Below, one piece after another: positions 40,250-51,722 of a stretch of DNA of 64,000 nt. The stretch lies in the IMG/VR virus record IMGVR_UViG_3300037483_001670, positions 1 through 64,000 of that record; one strand, 5' to 3'. Source of the DNA: a virus. The stretch's first letter is position 1, and each line of letters starts with the position of its first letter. Both the position numbers and the translations under genes were made by a program. Under the pieces are notes generated by a model that was given only the letters and a program-made list of their open reading frames with translations, was not told where the DNA came from and did no database searches.

Positions 40250-40810
40250 TCACGGGTGGTTCTCCCAGACCTTGGCGGTCGCCAGGTCGATCACGAAGCC
40301 GAACTCCGCACGCGTTTCGTACTGCGCGGCGGTGAGGAGAAAGTAGCGTTCGGTGTCGCGCTTGGTGCGGTCGCCACCGAGGCAGGCGACGACGCCGACG
40401 TGGTCCTTGGGCACCGCGCCGTGCCAATCGCCCCACGCCGAGGTGACGACGTGGTCGTTCGCATGCGTGGTGTGGAACTCTCGTTCGCGCAGCACGCGGC
40501 TTTCGGCCAGCGTGACCGGGTTCCCGGTGGCCGCGGTGTAGGTGTCGGGGTAGTACTGTTTTGCCGTGTGGTGCGCCTGCTCGACCTCGGCGCTTGTGTA
40601 GAGCGCGTGGAAATTCAGGACGACCTTCGCATACTCGCAATCTTCCTCATACCAGCCGCCTTTCCTGCGGAGCGCGGGGTGCACCGCGGCGTTGCGCGCG
40701 CGGTCGAGTTTGTAGCCGCCGTGGCCCGGCGTGCTGTATTGCCAGATCCCGGGCGCTTTCAGCGTCACGTGGTCGGCTTTGCCGTGGGGTGTGCTTGATC
40801 CGATTTTCAT
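40250..40810 (-). CDS. DUF7007-like protein
   Basis: TPHGKAD...PGIWQYSTPGHGGYKL...GWYEEDCEYAKV. Confidence 0.7.
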   Translation of the reverse strand: MKIGSSTPHGKADHVTLKAPGIWQYSTPGHGGYKLDRARNAAVHPALRRKGGWYEEDCEYAKVVLNFHALYTSAEVEQAHHTAKQYYPDTYTAATGNPVTLAESRVLREREFHTTHANDHVVTSAWGDWHGAVPKDHVGVVACLGGDRTKRDTERYFLLTAAQYETRAEFGFVIDLATAKVWENHP

Positions 40811-42917
40811 CTTGATCTCTCCGGAAAAAAGTAGAGCGGAGCCGCTGGCGGTTCTTGCCAGTAGAAAAACGTTTGGCCGTTTTGACGCTCGCCAAGCGCG
40901 AAGCGCGGCGGGGTCGACGGGAGGGGAGCGGACTTCCTGACGCGAACGGGCAGGCCCAAGACGGGGCACGGTTTCGGTTCCTCGGGCAGCCAAGTGCCGA
41001 GGTGTGATGCCAACGTTTGGGCGAGGCCCGCGGCGTAGGATCGGCGGCCCTCGTTGACGCGCGCGTCGGCGCTTCGGAGCTCCGGGCGGTACTGTCGCAA
41101 GTAGATGGCGCCGTCGAGTAGGATGCGCCGGTGGAGCATGGCGGCCTTGTTCACGCGGCCCTTCCGCCGCGCATCGGCTGATCGAGCGCTGCCCAGATCA
41201 GGGCAGGATTCCCGCAGAGCGCGCTGCCCTTGCGGTGAGGGTATTTGTACGCGCCGCACCAGCATGGTTTGCCACGCTTGGCGCGCATCCAGCGACACAG
41301 GGGGCGGCCGAGCCGGCACCCTTTCTTGTGCTGGCAGGCGTCGGGTCCGAAGCAAATGGTGGGCCGTTTCATCCGCCGACCTGTAGCTCTCGGGAGGGCA
41401 CCACCTCGCCCGTGACGAGGCGCGAGGCCCAGTCCCATGCGCGTGAAAATTCGGTCGTGCTTTCGGAGTAGGTGAGACTTGCGATCTTGCTCGAGAAAAG
41501 AAGCGCGATCGGGTGTCGGTTCAGGGCGTCCGTGCCCTCCCAGCCTTCGGCGCGCGCGATCTCGCGGAGATCGGTCATGACCTGCGAAAACGAGTGGACG
41601 ACGCCGGAGAGGTTGCACGCGTCCTGGACGTCGAGGGCGAGCTGTGCGAGCTGCGTGATCGTTTTCATGAATCGTCCTCCGCGGCGAGCGCCGGCAGATT
41701 GACCCCGAAGAGTCGGAGAATGTTGGCTTCTTCGTTGCTGAGAAGAAGCGCCACCGCGGCGAGCGCGGACTTCGAAGCGTTGAGCCGGCCGTCCGAATCG
41801 ATGATTTCGACGTCGCCGGACTCGAACTGGAGCACCATGCGCGGGCCTCGCCCGATGCCGGCGCCGATGAAAGCGGCGACACTTTGCGGGGTGGCGAATG
41901 TGCGGACCCGCCACCCGTACGCGTACCTGCTGACTTTGGGCGGAGGGACGGCCTCGTACGAGTACCCGCCCGACCTGATGCCCTTGAATCCCGTGTGAGC
42001 CATGAGTGCCCTCCGTTGGGCCGCGGCGAGCCTAGGCCGCCGCGGATCCGTACCAAGAGCGCGACGCGCGAACCTTGGCACCGTTGTACGAGGCGCGGGT
42101 GTCGCGCCAGACCGGGTGATGGGTCACCCCGTTGCACTCTTCGATGGCGCGCCCGCCGTCGATCGTCTCGACCCGACCGTCGGGCCCGAGGACTTCGCCC
42201 CGGCGGATCCCGCCTGTTTTGGCGATGACGCGCACCGCGGCGCCGCGTGATCCGACCTCGCGCACTTCCGAGAGCACGCCCTGGAACGTGTAGAGGCGAA
42301 CGAGAAACTTGGGGCGCGGGGTTCGCGCCGGCGCGGCGACGGGCTCGGGTTGCGAGCGGAGCACGAGCTCCGCGTCGACGCGCACGACGTCGCCGTCCGA
42401 GTCACGAAGCGAGACCACCCGCGGGCCGACCGCTTCGACGATGCCGCGGATAACGCCCGCGTCCGTCTGCACTTCCACCGGCTCGCCTACTTTGATCTCG
42501 CTCATTGTCTCATCCTCCTGCCGGCCCGCGGCGAGCCCCTTTTGGGTCCCGACCGCTCCGGCTTACGTCCCTAGTTCGGCCGCGGCGAGCTCGAGGTGTC
42601 GCGGGCTCATAGCATCGGGTACATGACCGTGGTATGGTGCCGCGGGCTCATAGCGGACGTTATGAGCCCGCTGCCTGCCGGGCCCCGCCGCGGCCGAACT
42701 AGACTCGGAAGCAGGCAGTAACCGGGGGGCCGCGGGGCTCGCCGCAGTCGAACAAGGGTCACGAAACGAGAGCAAGAAAGGGAGGTGCAACGACAACGAC
42801 GGGCAGGGCGAGAACGGACGGACGAACGGCGCGTGACAAGACACGCGACGCTTCCCAGGGAGACCTGGCCAGTCCCCGGCCCTGCTGAGTGAAACGCAAG
42901 GGGCGGCATGGGCCGCT

Positions 42918-43275
42918 CGCTTTGCAGAGTGCCCGAACGGTTCGGGGACTCCGTCAAGCGGGAAGGAGACAAAGTGGCAGGACCGACGCGAAACGCTGAA
43001 TACAATGCGGTACTCGCGAGCTGGAAAGAGCAGGGGGCGCCAAGCGATCCGCAGTGCGAGGAATGCGGGTGCGATCTCACCGGCAAGGAAGTCGTCGAGA
43101 TCACGATCGGTTGGTACTGCGAAACGTGCGCGGAAACGTACGACGGTGACGTCACTGGGGGCGAGTGGCCCCACGACAGGGAGGACTTCCACTCGGACGG
43201 TTGAAAGTAGTGCGCGGGCAATGTGGTCCGCGCGCTTTGCAGAGTGCCCGAACGGTTCGGGCGCTCCGTCAAGCG
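42918..43275. repeat. 43-bp direct repeat x2 with internal palindrome CCCGAAC-G-GTTCGGG
   Basis: Copies at 42918..42960 and 43233..43275, 41/43 identical. Confidence 0.9.
42974..43204 (+). CDS. Small zinc-finger protein between the two repeat copies
   Basis: AAGGAG RBS and GTG start; CEEC..CETC. Confidence 0.7.
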   Translation: MAGPTRNAEYNAVLASWKEQGAPSDPQCEECGCDLTGKEVVEITIGWYCETCAETYDGDVTGGEWPHDREDFHSDG

Positions 43276-43611
43276 AAAGGATGGTTTGAATCGGTTTCAC
43301 GCAACCCGCCGGGGAAGAGGTTCAATTCCTCCGGTGGCAGCGCCCGGCCGGGCTCTGACTGCGACGACTTGGGGACGCCCGAATCGCGCGCCTTGGTGGT
43401 TGACCCTGGCGGGTTGCGTGAAGTCGAATCAAGCGAAGGGAAGGAGGTTGAACGTGCCGAACAAGAATGTAGTGGAGCGTCCGACCATTCGGGTCCCTCG
43501 CTCGGAAACGACGGACGCGGCGCTCCTCGGTGAGTGGCGCAAGGTGCAAGCGGTGCGCGACGCGCGACGGGTCAACCCCTCGCTGAGTGAGCTCGCCGCG
43601 GAGGTGCAGTC

Positions 43612-43929
43612 ATGAAACGGTGGGCAATTCTTCTGGCGGTTTCTGCGGTCGGTTGTGCTGGCCGCCTCGTTCCCGATTCGACCGATGGCGCTGTCGTGGC
43701 GCTCCCCGATGTCTGCCACGCGCCCGAGTTCACTCCCGCGGAGTGCAAGCCCGACGTCCTCAACGACGGCAAGGGCAGCGACGATCACCGCGTGGTCTGT
43801 GTCCGCGGCAACGATCAATGGATCTTCTACCCCTCGGGCGAGTTCTTTCGCCTGGCGATTCAACCCCCGGACGTGCTCTGTCGCGTCCTCCCCACGGGCG
43901 AGGTGGCTTGGCCCCTCGCGGATCGGTGA
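43612..43929 (+). CDS. Putative lipoprotein
   Basis: MKRWAILLAVSAVGC signal and lipobox. Confidence 0.7.
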   Translation: MKRWAILLAVSAVGCAGRLVPDSTDGAVVALPDVCHAPEFTPAECKPDVLNDGKGSDDHRVVCVRGNDQWIFYPSGEFFRLAIQPPDVLCRVLPTGEVAWPLADR

Positions 43930-43933
43930 CCCG

Positions 43934-44230
43934 ATGAAACGCTTCGCTGCCATTCTCCTGCTCGCCCTGCCGGGTTGCTCTGCGAGCTTCCTCGGCGACT
44001 CGGAAGCCGCCTGCGAGATCATCGTCAACGCGATTCACGAGTTCGAAGCGCGGTGCAATACGCACCTGCTCGGTCACGTGCAAGTCTGCGATGAGGTGCT
44101 GTTTTCATCGAACACAACGGCGAGCGTCGCCTACGACTGCGAGCGGGAGCTACGCGCTACCGCCTGCAATCCGGAGTTCGTAGCGATTCCGGAAAGCTGC
44201 AAACCCATCTACTTCGCGCCGGGGCTCTAA
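43934..44230 (+). CDS. Putative Cys-rich lipoprotein
   Basis: MKRFAAILLLALPGC signal and lipobox. Confidence 0.7.
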   Translation: MKRFAAILLLALPGCSASFLGDSEAACEIIVNAIHEFEARCNTHLLGHVQVCDEVLFSSNTTASVAYDCERELRATACNPEFVAIPESCKPIYFAPGL

Positions 44231-45186
44231 TGCTCAACACAGAAGCGTTCGTGGTGCTCGCTGGAAACTCGGCGCCGTGGGATGGCGAGATACGCGCGAG
44301 GTGCGCGCCGGGCATCCACGAGGGAACGTTCGAGTCGGAGGGCCTGTGCAAGGTCCAGGAAGATCAGTGGGCGCGCGGCCGTCGCGGTGCGCGCCTCCAT
44401 CGCACGATGTACGGGTGGAGCGTGCGCCACGACTCCGGTCTCGAAAACTGGGGCATCCTCTACTCGCAACGGCACCTACCCGAGAGCGAGCGCACCCTTG
44501 CCGCCGCGGTGGCCTTCGGTACCGCGTGGGTGAACGAAGATCCGGAACACCGCGAGTTCTACGCGTACCGCAAGGACGTCGAGGGACTCCTTCCGACGGC
44601 GGGGCTGTGAGGTCACCAATGGCTCTCAACAACTACGGATACATGGGATCAATCGAGCTGGGGCCGGCCGCTGGCCCGCTCGGCAAGTACTTTGCGCAGG
44701 GCGCTCGGTGTGGCGCCATCGAAGGCAAGGGGCGCGCTGGCCAGTACGTCATCGGCGAAGAGACCGAGCTTTCGTGGGAAGCGGCCGATGCGAACACGGC
44801 TGGCAAGGATCGCGTTTTTAACTGCGCGTGGTCGGCGGGGTACCGGTACGGGTACCTGCGCGCCGCGGAAGGTTCGACCGTTCACCCCGACGTCTACACA
44901 ACCGAATTGCCGCCGACGGCGGGCGCGTGAACCGCGCCACGGCCCTCGCGATTGCGGTCAACTTGATCGCGGAACAATTGTGCGGGGGCGACCCCCCGAA
45001 CGTCGTGCGCTGTATGTGCACGTACTGCCTCGAAGAGATCGATCCACGGGCGGAGCTGTCAGTGCAACGCGCCCCCGACAACGGGGAATGCTTGCGCTGC
45101 GGCGACCCGGTGCGTGAACGAATGGGCGGCCTCGTCTTCGTGACGACGCCCCGCAATTGGCTCGCCGCGGGCGAGTAGGGACTACC

Positions 45187-46491
45187 ATGACGAACGAAAC
45201 GACCGAAACACACGGCGCGCTCGCCGCCTACCAGATCCCGGACGCGCGGCTCGCCACGCTCCAGACCAAGGTCTCGCGGCTCGCGCGACGGTGCGCCAAG
45301 CTCAAGATGCCGGCCCTCGTGCTCCGTGAGGTGCGCAAGGACGCACGGATCAAGCGCCTTCCGAGAGAGAGCGGCGGCCCGCCGCGCATTCTCGAATTGC
45401 CGTGCACGTGGTGCGAGCTCGAGGGCCCTAGCCCGAAGCTCTCGGGCTACGACTTTCTCGCGCGGCTGGAACATACCGAAACGGGGAACCTCGTTTCGAA
45501 AACGCCCGCCGCTGGCGAGGTCGACCTGATTGCGTACCGGTCGGCCGGCCCGAACTGCGATCACTGCAAGTCGAAACGCAAGCGTGCCGACACGTTCGTG
45601 CTCCGCGCCCCCGATGGGACGCTCAAACAGATCGGCCGCAATTGCCTGGCCGACTATCTGCGCTCCGCGAACGTCGAGGTGGTTGTTGCCATCCTGGAAT
45701 TGACTCACGAACTGTCGATCTCGACGGACGGCGAAGAAGCCGACGACTACGATGGCGAGGGCGGCGGCGGTGGGTGGCGTTCGATTCTGCCCGTCGATCG
45801 GTTCCTGGCGGCGGCCGTTGCGGCCGTGCGTCAAAAGGGTTGGACGTCGCGCGGCGCGGCCAGCGCCTACCTCGAAGCGACCGGCGGCCAAGCGGCCAAG
45901 CAGTCGACCGCGGACTTTGCGTCGTTCATATCGGGCCGTGCCCCGACCTCGGCGCGTGAGCTCGAGTACTGGCGTTCGGCCCAGCCGACGCCGGGCGACG
46001 TCGAGCGCGCGGGCGTCGTTCTCGCGTGGCTGCTCGCCACGACGGACGCGAGCGATTACATGTACAACCTCCGCACGGCGGCGCAGCAGTCCAGCGTCAC
46101 GCACCGCACGGTTGGGTTGCTCGCGTCGGCGGTGCAAGCCTACGCGCGGGAGATCGAGAAAGTCGAGGCCGCCAGGCGCGCGCCCGCGACTTCGACCGAG
46201 TATTTCGGCGAGATCAAAAAGCGGTACGACCTCACGGGCACCGTGACGTTCGTTCGCGAGATCGCCGGTTGGCGTGACAGCGTCAAGACCGTGGTCGGGA
46301 TCGAGTCGCCCGAGGGGCACCGGTTCACTTGGTTCGCTACCGGCTGGAAGGACTACGCGCCAGGCGACACCCTCGAGTTTCGCGGGACCGTCGTCAAGCA
46401 CGAGATCTTCCGCGACCGCAAGCAGACGGTGCTTTCGCGCTGCGAGATCTCGAAGGTCAGCAAAAAAAAGGATAAGGAGCTCGCCTCGTGA
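45187..46491 (+). CDS. Phage protein with zinc finger and C-terminal OB-fold-like domain
   Basis: CDHCKSKRKR; C-terminal TVTFVREI..FTWF..GTVVKHEIFRDRKQTVLSRC. Confidence 0.7.
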   Translation: MTNETTETHGALAAYQIPDARLATLQTKVSRLARRCAKLKMPALVLREVRKDARIKRLPRESGGPPRILELPCTWCELEGPSPKLSGYDFLARLEHTETGNLVSKTPAAGEVDLIAYRSAGPNCDHCKSKRKRADTFVLRAPDGTLKQIGRNCLADYLRSANVEVVVAILELTHELSISTDGEEADDYDGEGGGGGWRSILPVDRFLAAAVAAVRQKGWTSRGAASAYLEATGGQAAKQSTADFASFISGRAPTSARELEYWRSAQPTPGDVERAGVVLAWLLATTDASDYMYNLRTAAQQSSVTHRTVGLLASAVQAYAREIEKVEAARRAPATSTEYFGEIKKRYDLTGTVTFVREIAGWRDSVKTVVGIESPEGHRFTWFATGWKDYAPGDTLEFRGTVVKHEIFRDRKQTVLSRCEISKVSKKKDKELAS

Positions 46492-47644
46492 AAACGGAAC
46501 GAATCAAGTCGCCCGAAGAACGGGCGCAAGAAACCGAGTACCAGCGACGGCGCTCGCTGCCGGGTGTCGAGGTGCGGCGCATGCACACCGCTCGGTCGAG
46601 TGACCAAGTGCTTTCGCATAACGGGTGCGAGCTCGGATCGCGATCCGAGCTGATGACGCGCGGCAAGGTGGTGAGCGTTCACTACGCGCTGCCCCCGCTG
46701 CCGGCGGACTTGACCAAGCCCTCCCGTGCGAAGCTGGAACGGCTCGTCTGGCAGCATACGCCCAGCGCCTATCGAGGGACGCTCGCGGACGGCCAGAAGT
46801 CGATCCTGATGCTCGAGAAGTCCACCGGGGCCACCGTGCTCGCGCCGCTATCGACCCTGACCGAGGCGCAACTGCTCGACAAGCTGCCGAGCGCCGTGCG
46901 CGCCGAACTGGAGTCCCAATGACGGCTCGATCGGGTTACGGAGGATGGCCGCTCGTTCCGTCGAAAAACTTCCCCGGTGAGACGACGATCGCGTGCAAGG
47001 CGTGCGGCTCGACGGACGTCAAGTTGACAGGCTGCTACGGCTACCCCGGTACGGGTCCGGGTGGCAGGGGCCGGCTCGGCGACCCGGGCGGGCTCGATTG
47101 GGCGGAGTGCAGTGCGTGCAAGGCGCGCGGCTACGCCAGCCAGAAGCTCCGTTTCGTGGTCAAGCTCGAGAACCTGGACGACCGCGAAGGATCCGTGATG
47201 GCGGAGGTTCGCGGGGATGGCGCGCTCGCGTGGGCGCTTTCCGATCAGGCGATTGGCGGGGCGCGCTGGGAGGGCGTCGATCGCGACCCTGACTACGCGC
47301 TTGCGTTTCCGGCCGACTGGTCGGGCCTCGTCGAGCAGTTGCAAAAAGAGGGCTACGAGCTCGACCTGGACGACTACTGCCCGCCCACCCCCAATAACCG
47401 GGGGACCGATGCAAGCGGGTGATTGTTTCTACGTCGCCTTCCCCGATGGGGTCGAGATCGTGGAGTTCGTGACCGAGGGGACGGGCAACCACAACGTCAA
47501 GTCAGGGCACTTCCACGATCCCGTGGTCGTGCGTATGCGTGTTCCGGAGGGCGGCGATTACGTCGTCAGCCGCGCTGAATTGTACACGTCGCCGCTCGCA
47601 GCGGCGATTCGATCGGCCGAACTGGCCAAGGAGATCGACACCGA

Positions 47645-49033
47645 ATGAAACCGGACATGAAAGCAACGCTCTACTCGAGCGCCCTCGTGGGCCTGGTCGC
47701 GCACCGCGTTCGGGTGGACGTCGAGGTCGTCGCTTCGGGCGGCGTTTCGCGTGGCCTCGTTCTTCCCGACCTGCCCGAGATCGCCGCGAAGGAATCGCGC
47801 ATCCGCGTGATGGCGGCGCTCGCCCAGCTCGGCGTCGAGCTCGACGGCGTGAGCCTCAAGGTCAAGTTGACGTCTGATGCCTCGCTTCAGCATGCGAGCG
47901 GAGCGCTCGATCTCGCCATCGCCGTCGGCGCCATGGCGGCCATCGGCAAGGTGCCCGCGTCGCGGTGCGACGAGGCGACGCTCTTTCTCGGCGAGCTTGC
48001 CATGGACGGCGGCGTGCGGGCCATTCGCGGCGCGTATGCGCACTTGGCCGGCGCTGCCGACAACGGCTTTCGTCGCGCGATTCTGTCCGTCGGCAACCAC
48101 GGCGAGGCAGCAGGCTACACCGTCGGAACGGCGGAGCACCTGCGCGACGTCCGCGCGTGGCTTTGCGGCGAGGAGACCTTGCCGAAGGCGCTGCCAATCG
48201 CTCCGGCGCGTAACGCGTCGACGCCGTTCGACATGTCGGACATCGTCGGTCAGGCCCTAGCGTGTCGGGCCCTCGAGATAGCGGCCGTCGGCGGCCACAG
48301 CGTCCTCCTCCTCGGCGCGGCGGGCACCGGCAAAACGATGCTAGCGCGCCGGCTCACCTCGATCCTGCCGGAGCTGAACGCCGCCGAGCGCGACGAGGCG
48401 AGCAAGATTCATAGCGTCGCCGGCCTCTTGGGGCACGGCGCCGGACCGTTGCAAACGCGGCCGTTCCGCGCGCCGCACCACACCGTCAGCTCGACCGGTC
48501 TCGTGGGAGGTGGCACCCCGGCGCGGCCCGGCGAGGTGTCGCTCGCGCACGCGGGCGTCCTCTTCCTCGACGAGGTGCACGAGTTTCGCAAGAGCACGAT
48601 CGAAGCACTCAACGGCTCCCTGACGCAAGGCGCGACCCGCGTCGTCTCGGATGCGGGTCGGCAGACGGCGACGTTTCCGGCGCGCCCGTGGCTCGTTGGG
48701 TCGGCGCCCCTTTGCTCGTGCGGTTGGTCGCGCGTGCCCAATGCGCGACAGTGCAAGTGCTCACCCGAGCAAATCGCGGTCTTCACGCGACGGCTCCCGA
48801 CGTACTTGTTCGACCTGGTCGTGCATGTTGACCCGGTGGTCGTGGCAGCGATGAAGGACCACATCCCCGGCGAGTCGTCGGCGGAAGTGCGGGAGCGCGT
48901 CGTACGTGCTCGCGAGTTTGCGCGTCGCGAAGGTGGTACGGGCGACGTTGCCCGTACGATCGCCGACCTCGACGGTTCGTCGAACGTCATGGCGCGTCAC
49001 ATGGAGGAAGCGCAGAGCTTTCGCGCGCAGTGA
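47645..49033 (+). CDS. comM: ComM/YifB (Mg-chelatase-like) AAA+ ATPase
   Basis: ALDLAIAVG; GAAGTGKTMLARRL; RPFRAPHHTVS; PGEVSLAHAGVLFLDE; VARTIADL. Confidence 0.9.
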   Translation: MKPDMKATLYSSALVGLVAHRVRVDVEVVASGGVSRGLVLPDLPEIAAKESRIRVMAALAQLGVELDGVSLKVKLTSDASLQHASGALDLAIAVGAMAAIGKVPASRCDEATLFLGELAMDGGVRAIRGAYAHLAGAADNGFRRAILSVGNHGEAAGYTVGTAEHLRDVRAWLCGEETLPKALPIAPARNASTPFDMSDIVGQALACRALEIAAVGGHSVLLLGAAGTGKTMLARRLTSILPELNAAERDEASKIHSVAGLLGHGAGPLQTRPFRAPHHTVSSTGLVGGGTPARPGEVSLAHAGVLFLDEVHEFRKSTIEALNGSLTQGATRVVSDAGRQTATFPARPWLVGSAPLCSCGWSRVPNARQCKCSPEQIAVFTRRLPTYLFDLVVHVDPVVVAAMKDHIPGESSAEVRERVVRAREFARREGGTGDVARTIADLDGSSNVMARHMEEAQSFRAQ

Positions 49034-50979
49034 GGCCGTACGTCGGCAAGCACGTTGCGACGGGCGGGCGACGCGTCTTCTGGAGCGCCCGCAAGCCGAC
49101 GCAAGAATCGCACGGGCGACTCTATCGCTACGCGATTGGACCCTTTCGAATGGTGGCCGGCGCGCGCTACATGGCGCGCTACGGCGCGAACAATCCACAG
49201 CTGCGAACCGTCGACGATGCCGAGCGGGCCGCGGCAAAGGCTGAAGAATGAGCGAAACCATCGTAGGCACTTGCATCGTTTGCAGCCGCGAGATTGCGGT
49301 GACCAAGCCGGGCCGGTTGCGCGTGCCCGCCGACCAGCCCGTCTTCCAGCTCGTGCACCACGGATATCGGAGACCGGGCGACGGCTTCATTGTGGGCGAC
49401 TGCTTTGCGGTCAAGCTTCCGCCCCACGAGCAGGCGAGCCACGCCGCCGAGAAGTACAAGGGTGCGGCGATCGGTTGGCGCATCGGTGCCGAGCTCCACT
49501 TGGAAGCCCTGCGTACGGGCAAGGTACGCGTGCTCCACCGCCCGCTCAAGGTCCCCGTGCCGACTACGGCGAGGCGACCGTTCGACATGTGGGGCGGGGG
49601 TCATTGGCGCAACCGCGCGAATGACGATCCGGGCTGGACCGAATGGGCGGAGCCCTTCACGGCCGATGAGACCGATCTAGCGCGACAAGAGGTTTGGGCG
49701 AAGCTTCTGGACGGCAACATTCGAACGACCGAGCGAGGCGTCGAGTTTTACAAGGAGGAGATCGCCCGCATGGAGGTCGCGATCAAGACCTGGGAAAAGA
49801 AACCGCTGCGGGACCGGCTGAAGGTCGAGCCCGATCCGAAGCGGCGGCGCCGACGACGCCGAGCGTTCTGATGCAAACAGGAGGAGACAATGAACGATCT
49901 GGGAGACGTGCCAATCGATGTACTCCTGGGATGGATCGAGCGAGGTCGCGCCGGCACGGTGCTCCTGGGTCGCTGTCGAGACGGCCACCGTCGCCGATCT
50001 CGCGCCCAGGTGTCGCGTCGGGGGCCGGATTCGCTCCGGCCTCCCTCGCGGCATCAGAGCCGCGGAAAGAACAACCACCATGACCACCGAAAAAAAGTAC
50101 CTCACGATCACGATGTCCGAGCGCAGCCCGATCAAAATCGACAAGGCCGAATGGCCCACGATCGCAGATGTCTCCGAGCACGACGGGGTGGTCCGGTCCC
50201 AGGCCAATACGGAGTGGTACATTCGGGTGCGTGAGCATGCCGATGGTCGTCGCATCGTCTATGGCGCGCGTGTTGCGGGCGGCGGCGGGCAGCACGTCGG
50301 GTTTCGCGAGGACCGCGCTGGATTTCTCGTCGATGTACCGCGTAATTTTGCGGGCTCTCCCGTCGACATGACGAGCGATGGCGTGCGACATTCGATCGCG
50401 GATGAAACGATCCGCGCGATCCGTCGCGTGGCCGGAATCGTCGGTGACGACAAGATGGGCGACGAGTGCATCGGGAGTCTGCCTGCCGAGAGTATCTGAG
50501 TGTTGCACGCTGGGCCGCAGTATGCGGCTCGGCATGGAGGACTCATGATCGACGAGAAAAATGGCCAGCACAGTACCACCCCGCAACCGACCGAAGAGGT
50601 GGTCAGCGAGAGGCGCATCGAGCTCTACGAGCACGGGAGCCTCGTGGCCGTGTATACGCTGGACGAGGCGAGGCAGCACGCGAGGGCGCACGTAGGAGCT
50701 CCGCTCGCTCCGGCGAGCTACCGCGACAAGCAGACAGGGGAGTGGCTCCACGGCTCTAGCTGGTACGCGTGACAGCCCCCACGGAGTCGCCCCGGCGACG
50801 CAGACACGTCCAGGGGCCGTGGGCCCAACCTAGATACGAAGTGTACATGGCGGCCCTCCGCAAGCTGAGACCCCCGGTTCGCGTCTCGTCGACGCCGCCG
50901 ACGCCGCCGGTGGGCGTCTCGTCGATGTCGCGAATGTACCGCGCCGTGCTGCGCAGACTGCGACCGAAATAGTTCACTC

Positions 50980-51010
50980 TTGCACTAGTACGATCGTACT
51001 AGTACGATTC
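50980..51010 (+). promoter_or_regulatory. Sigma70-like promoter overlapped by a 20-bp perfect palindrome
   Basis: TTGCAC-N17-TACGAT; ACTAGTACGATCGTACTAGT at 50984..51003; upstream of 51036..51722. Confidence 0.8.
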
Positions 51011-51035
51011 TAACCTCAAGCGGCGGAGATCAAAC

Positions 51036-51722
51036 ATGGTGGACGTGGTCATATCGGAGGAGTCGGCCCGTGGATGCGGGTACCGCAAGCCGGCGAAGGA
51101 CGGCGTGGGCGTGTACCTTGTTGGCCCGAGCGAAGGTGTTGGCTGCGGGCGCCTCCCGTTCAAGCTCCACGCGTGCCCCGTCTGCGGCGGCGGGATCAGG
51201 GCGAGCCGTGGGTGGAACTGGATCGAGCCGTCGAAGCTCTTCGTCATGCCGGAGGACGGTCGGCTGCCCAGCGCGCCGTGTCAGCTCGGCCGGCGGATTT
51301 GCGAGTCGTGTCCGCTCGGTCTCGGCATTCCCGAGGGCAGGCATGGCCTGCTCTGGATCGGCGAGTCGTTCTACAAGACGCCGGACGACTTCTCGAAAGA
51401 GTCGAACCGCATGGGGGTCAGCCGCAAGATCAAGACGGTGCCCAAGGGGTTCGAGATCGGCAAGACGTGGGTCTACCTCGCGCACCGGTTGACGCCCGTC
51501 GGACCGTTTGACGCCGAGAAGGGCGAGGTTCCGAAGGAGCCCGCGATCTTTTCGACGTTCAAACCGACCGGCATCGATCTCGTGATCGCCGACGAGAACA
51601 AGGTGCCGGACCGAGCGGTGAAGCTCGCCGAGGAGCACGGGGCGCGCATCGTGCGCGTCGTGCCGAAGGTGCCGCCGGCCGCGGAGCCGGAGCAGCACAA
51701 CCTCCCGATGGTGCCAGGCTGA
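51036..51722 (+). CDS. Cys-rich hypothetical phage protein
   Basis: GGAG RBS; RGCGYRK, CPVCG. Confidence 0.75.
   Translation: MVDVVISEESARGCGYRKPAKDGVGVYLVGPSEGVGCGRLPFKLHACPVCGGGIRASRGWNWIEPSKLFVMPEDGRLPSAPCQLGRRICESCPLGLGIPEGRHGLLWIGESFYKTPDDFSKESNRMGVSRKIKTVPKGFEIGKTWVYLAHRLTPVGPFDAEKGEVPKEPAIFSTFKPTGIDLVIADENKVPDRAVKLAEEHGARIVRVVPKVPPAAEPEQHNLPMVPG

Larger units (their letters stand above)
24832..42505 (-). other. Leftward block of about 45 small, tightly coupled phage/ICE-type hypothetical genes
   Basis: Consecutive minus-strand ORFs with start/stop overlaps (e.g. 26579..27133, 30070..30414, 30647..31195, 31195..31728, 32519..33193, 39652..40164, 42032..42505) and GGAG RBSs; one plus-strand exception at 28398..28643. 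Confidence 0.85.

Noticed and set aside
43280-43345. Complete tRNA gene
   Set aside because: Only a T-arm-like hairpin; no acceptor, D or anticodon arms could be folded.
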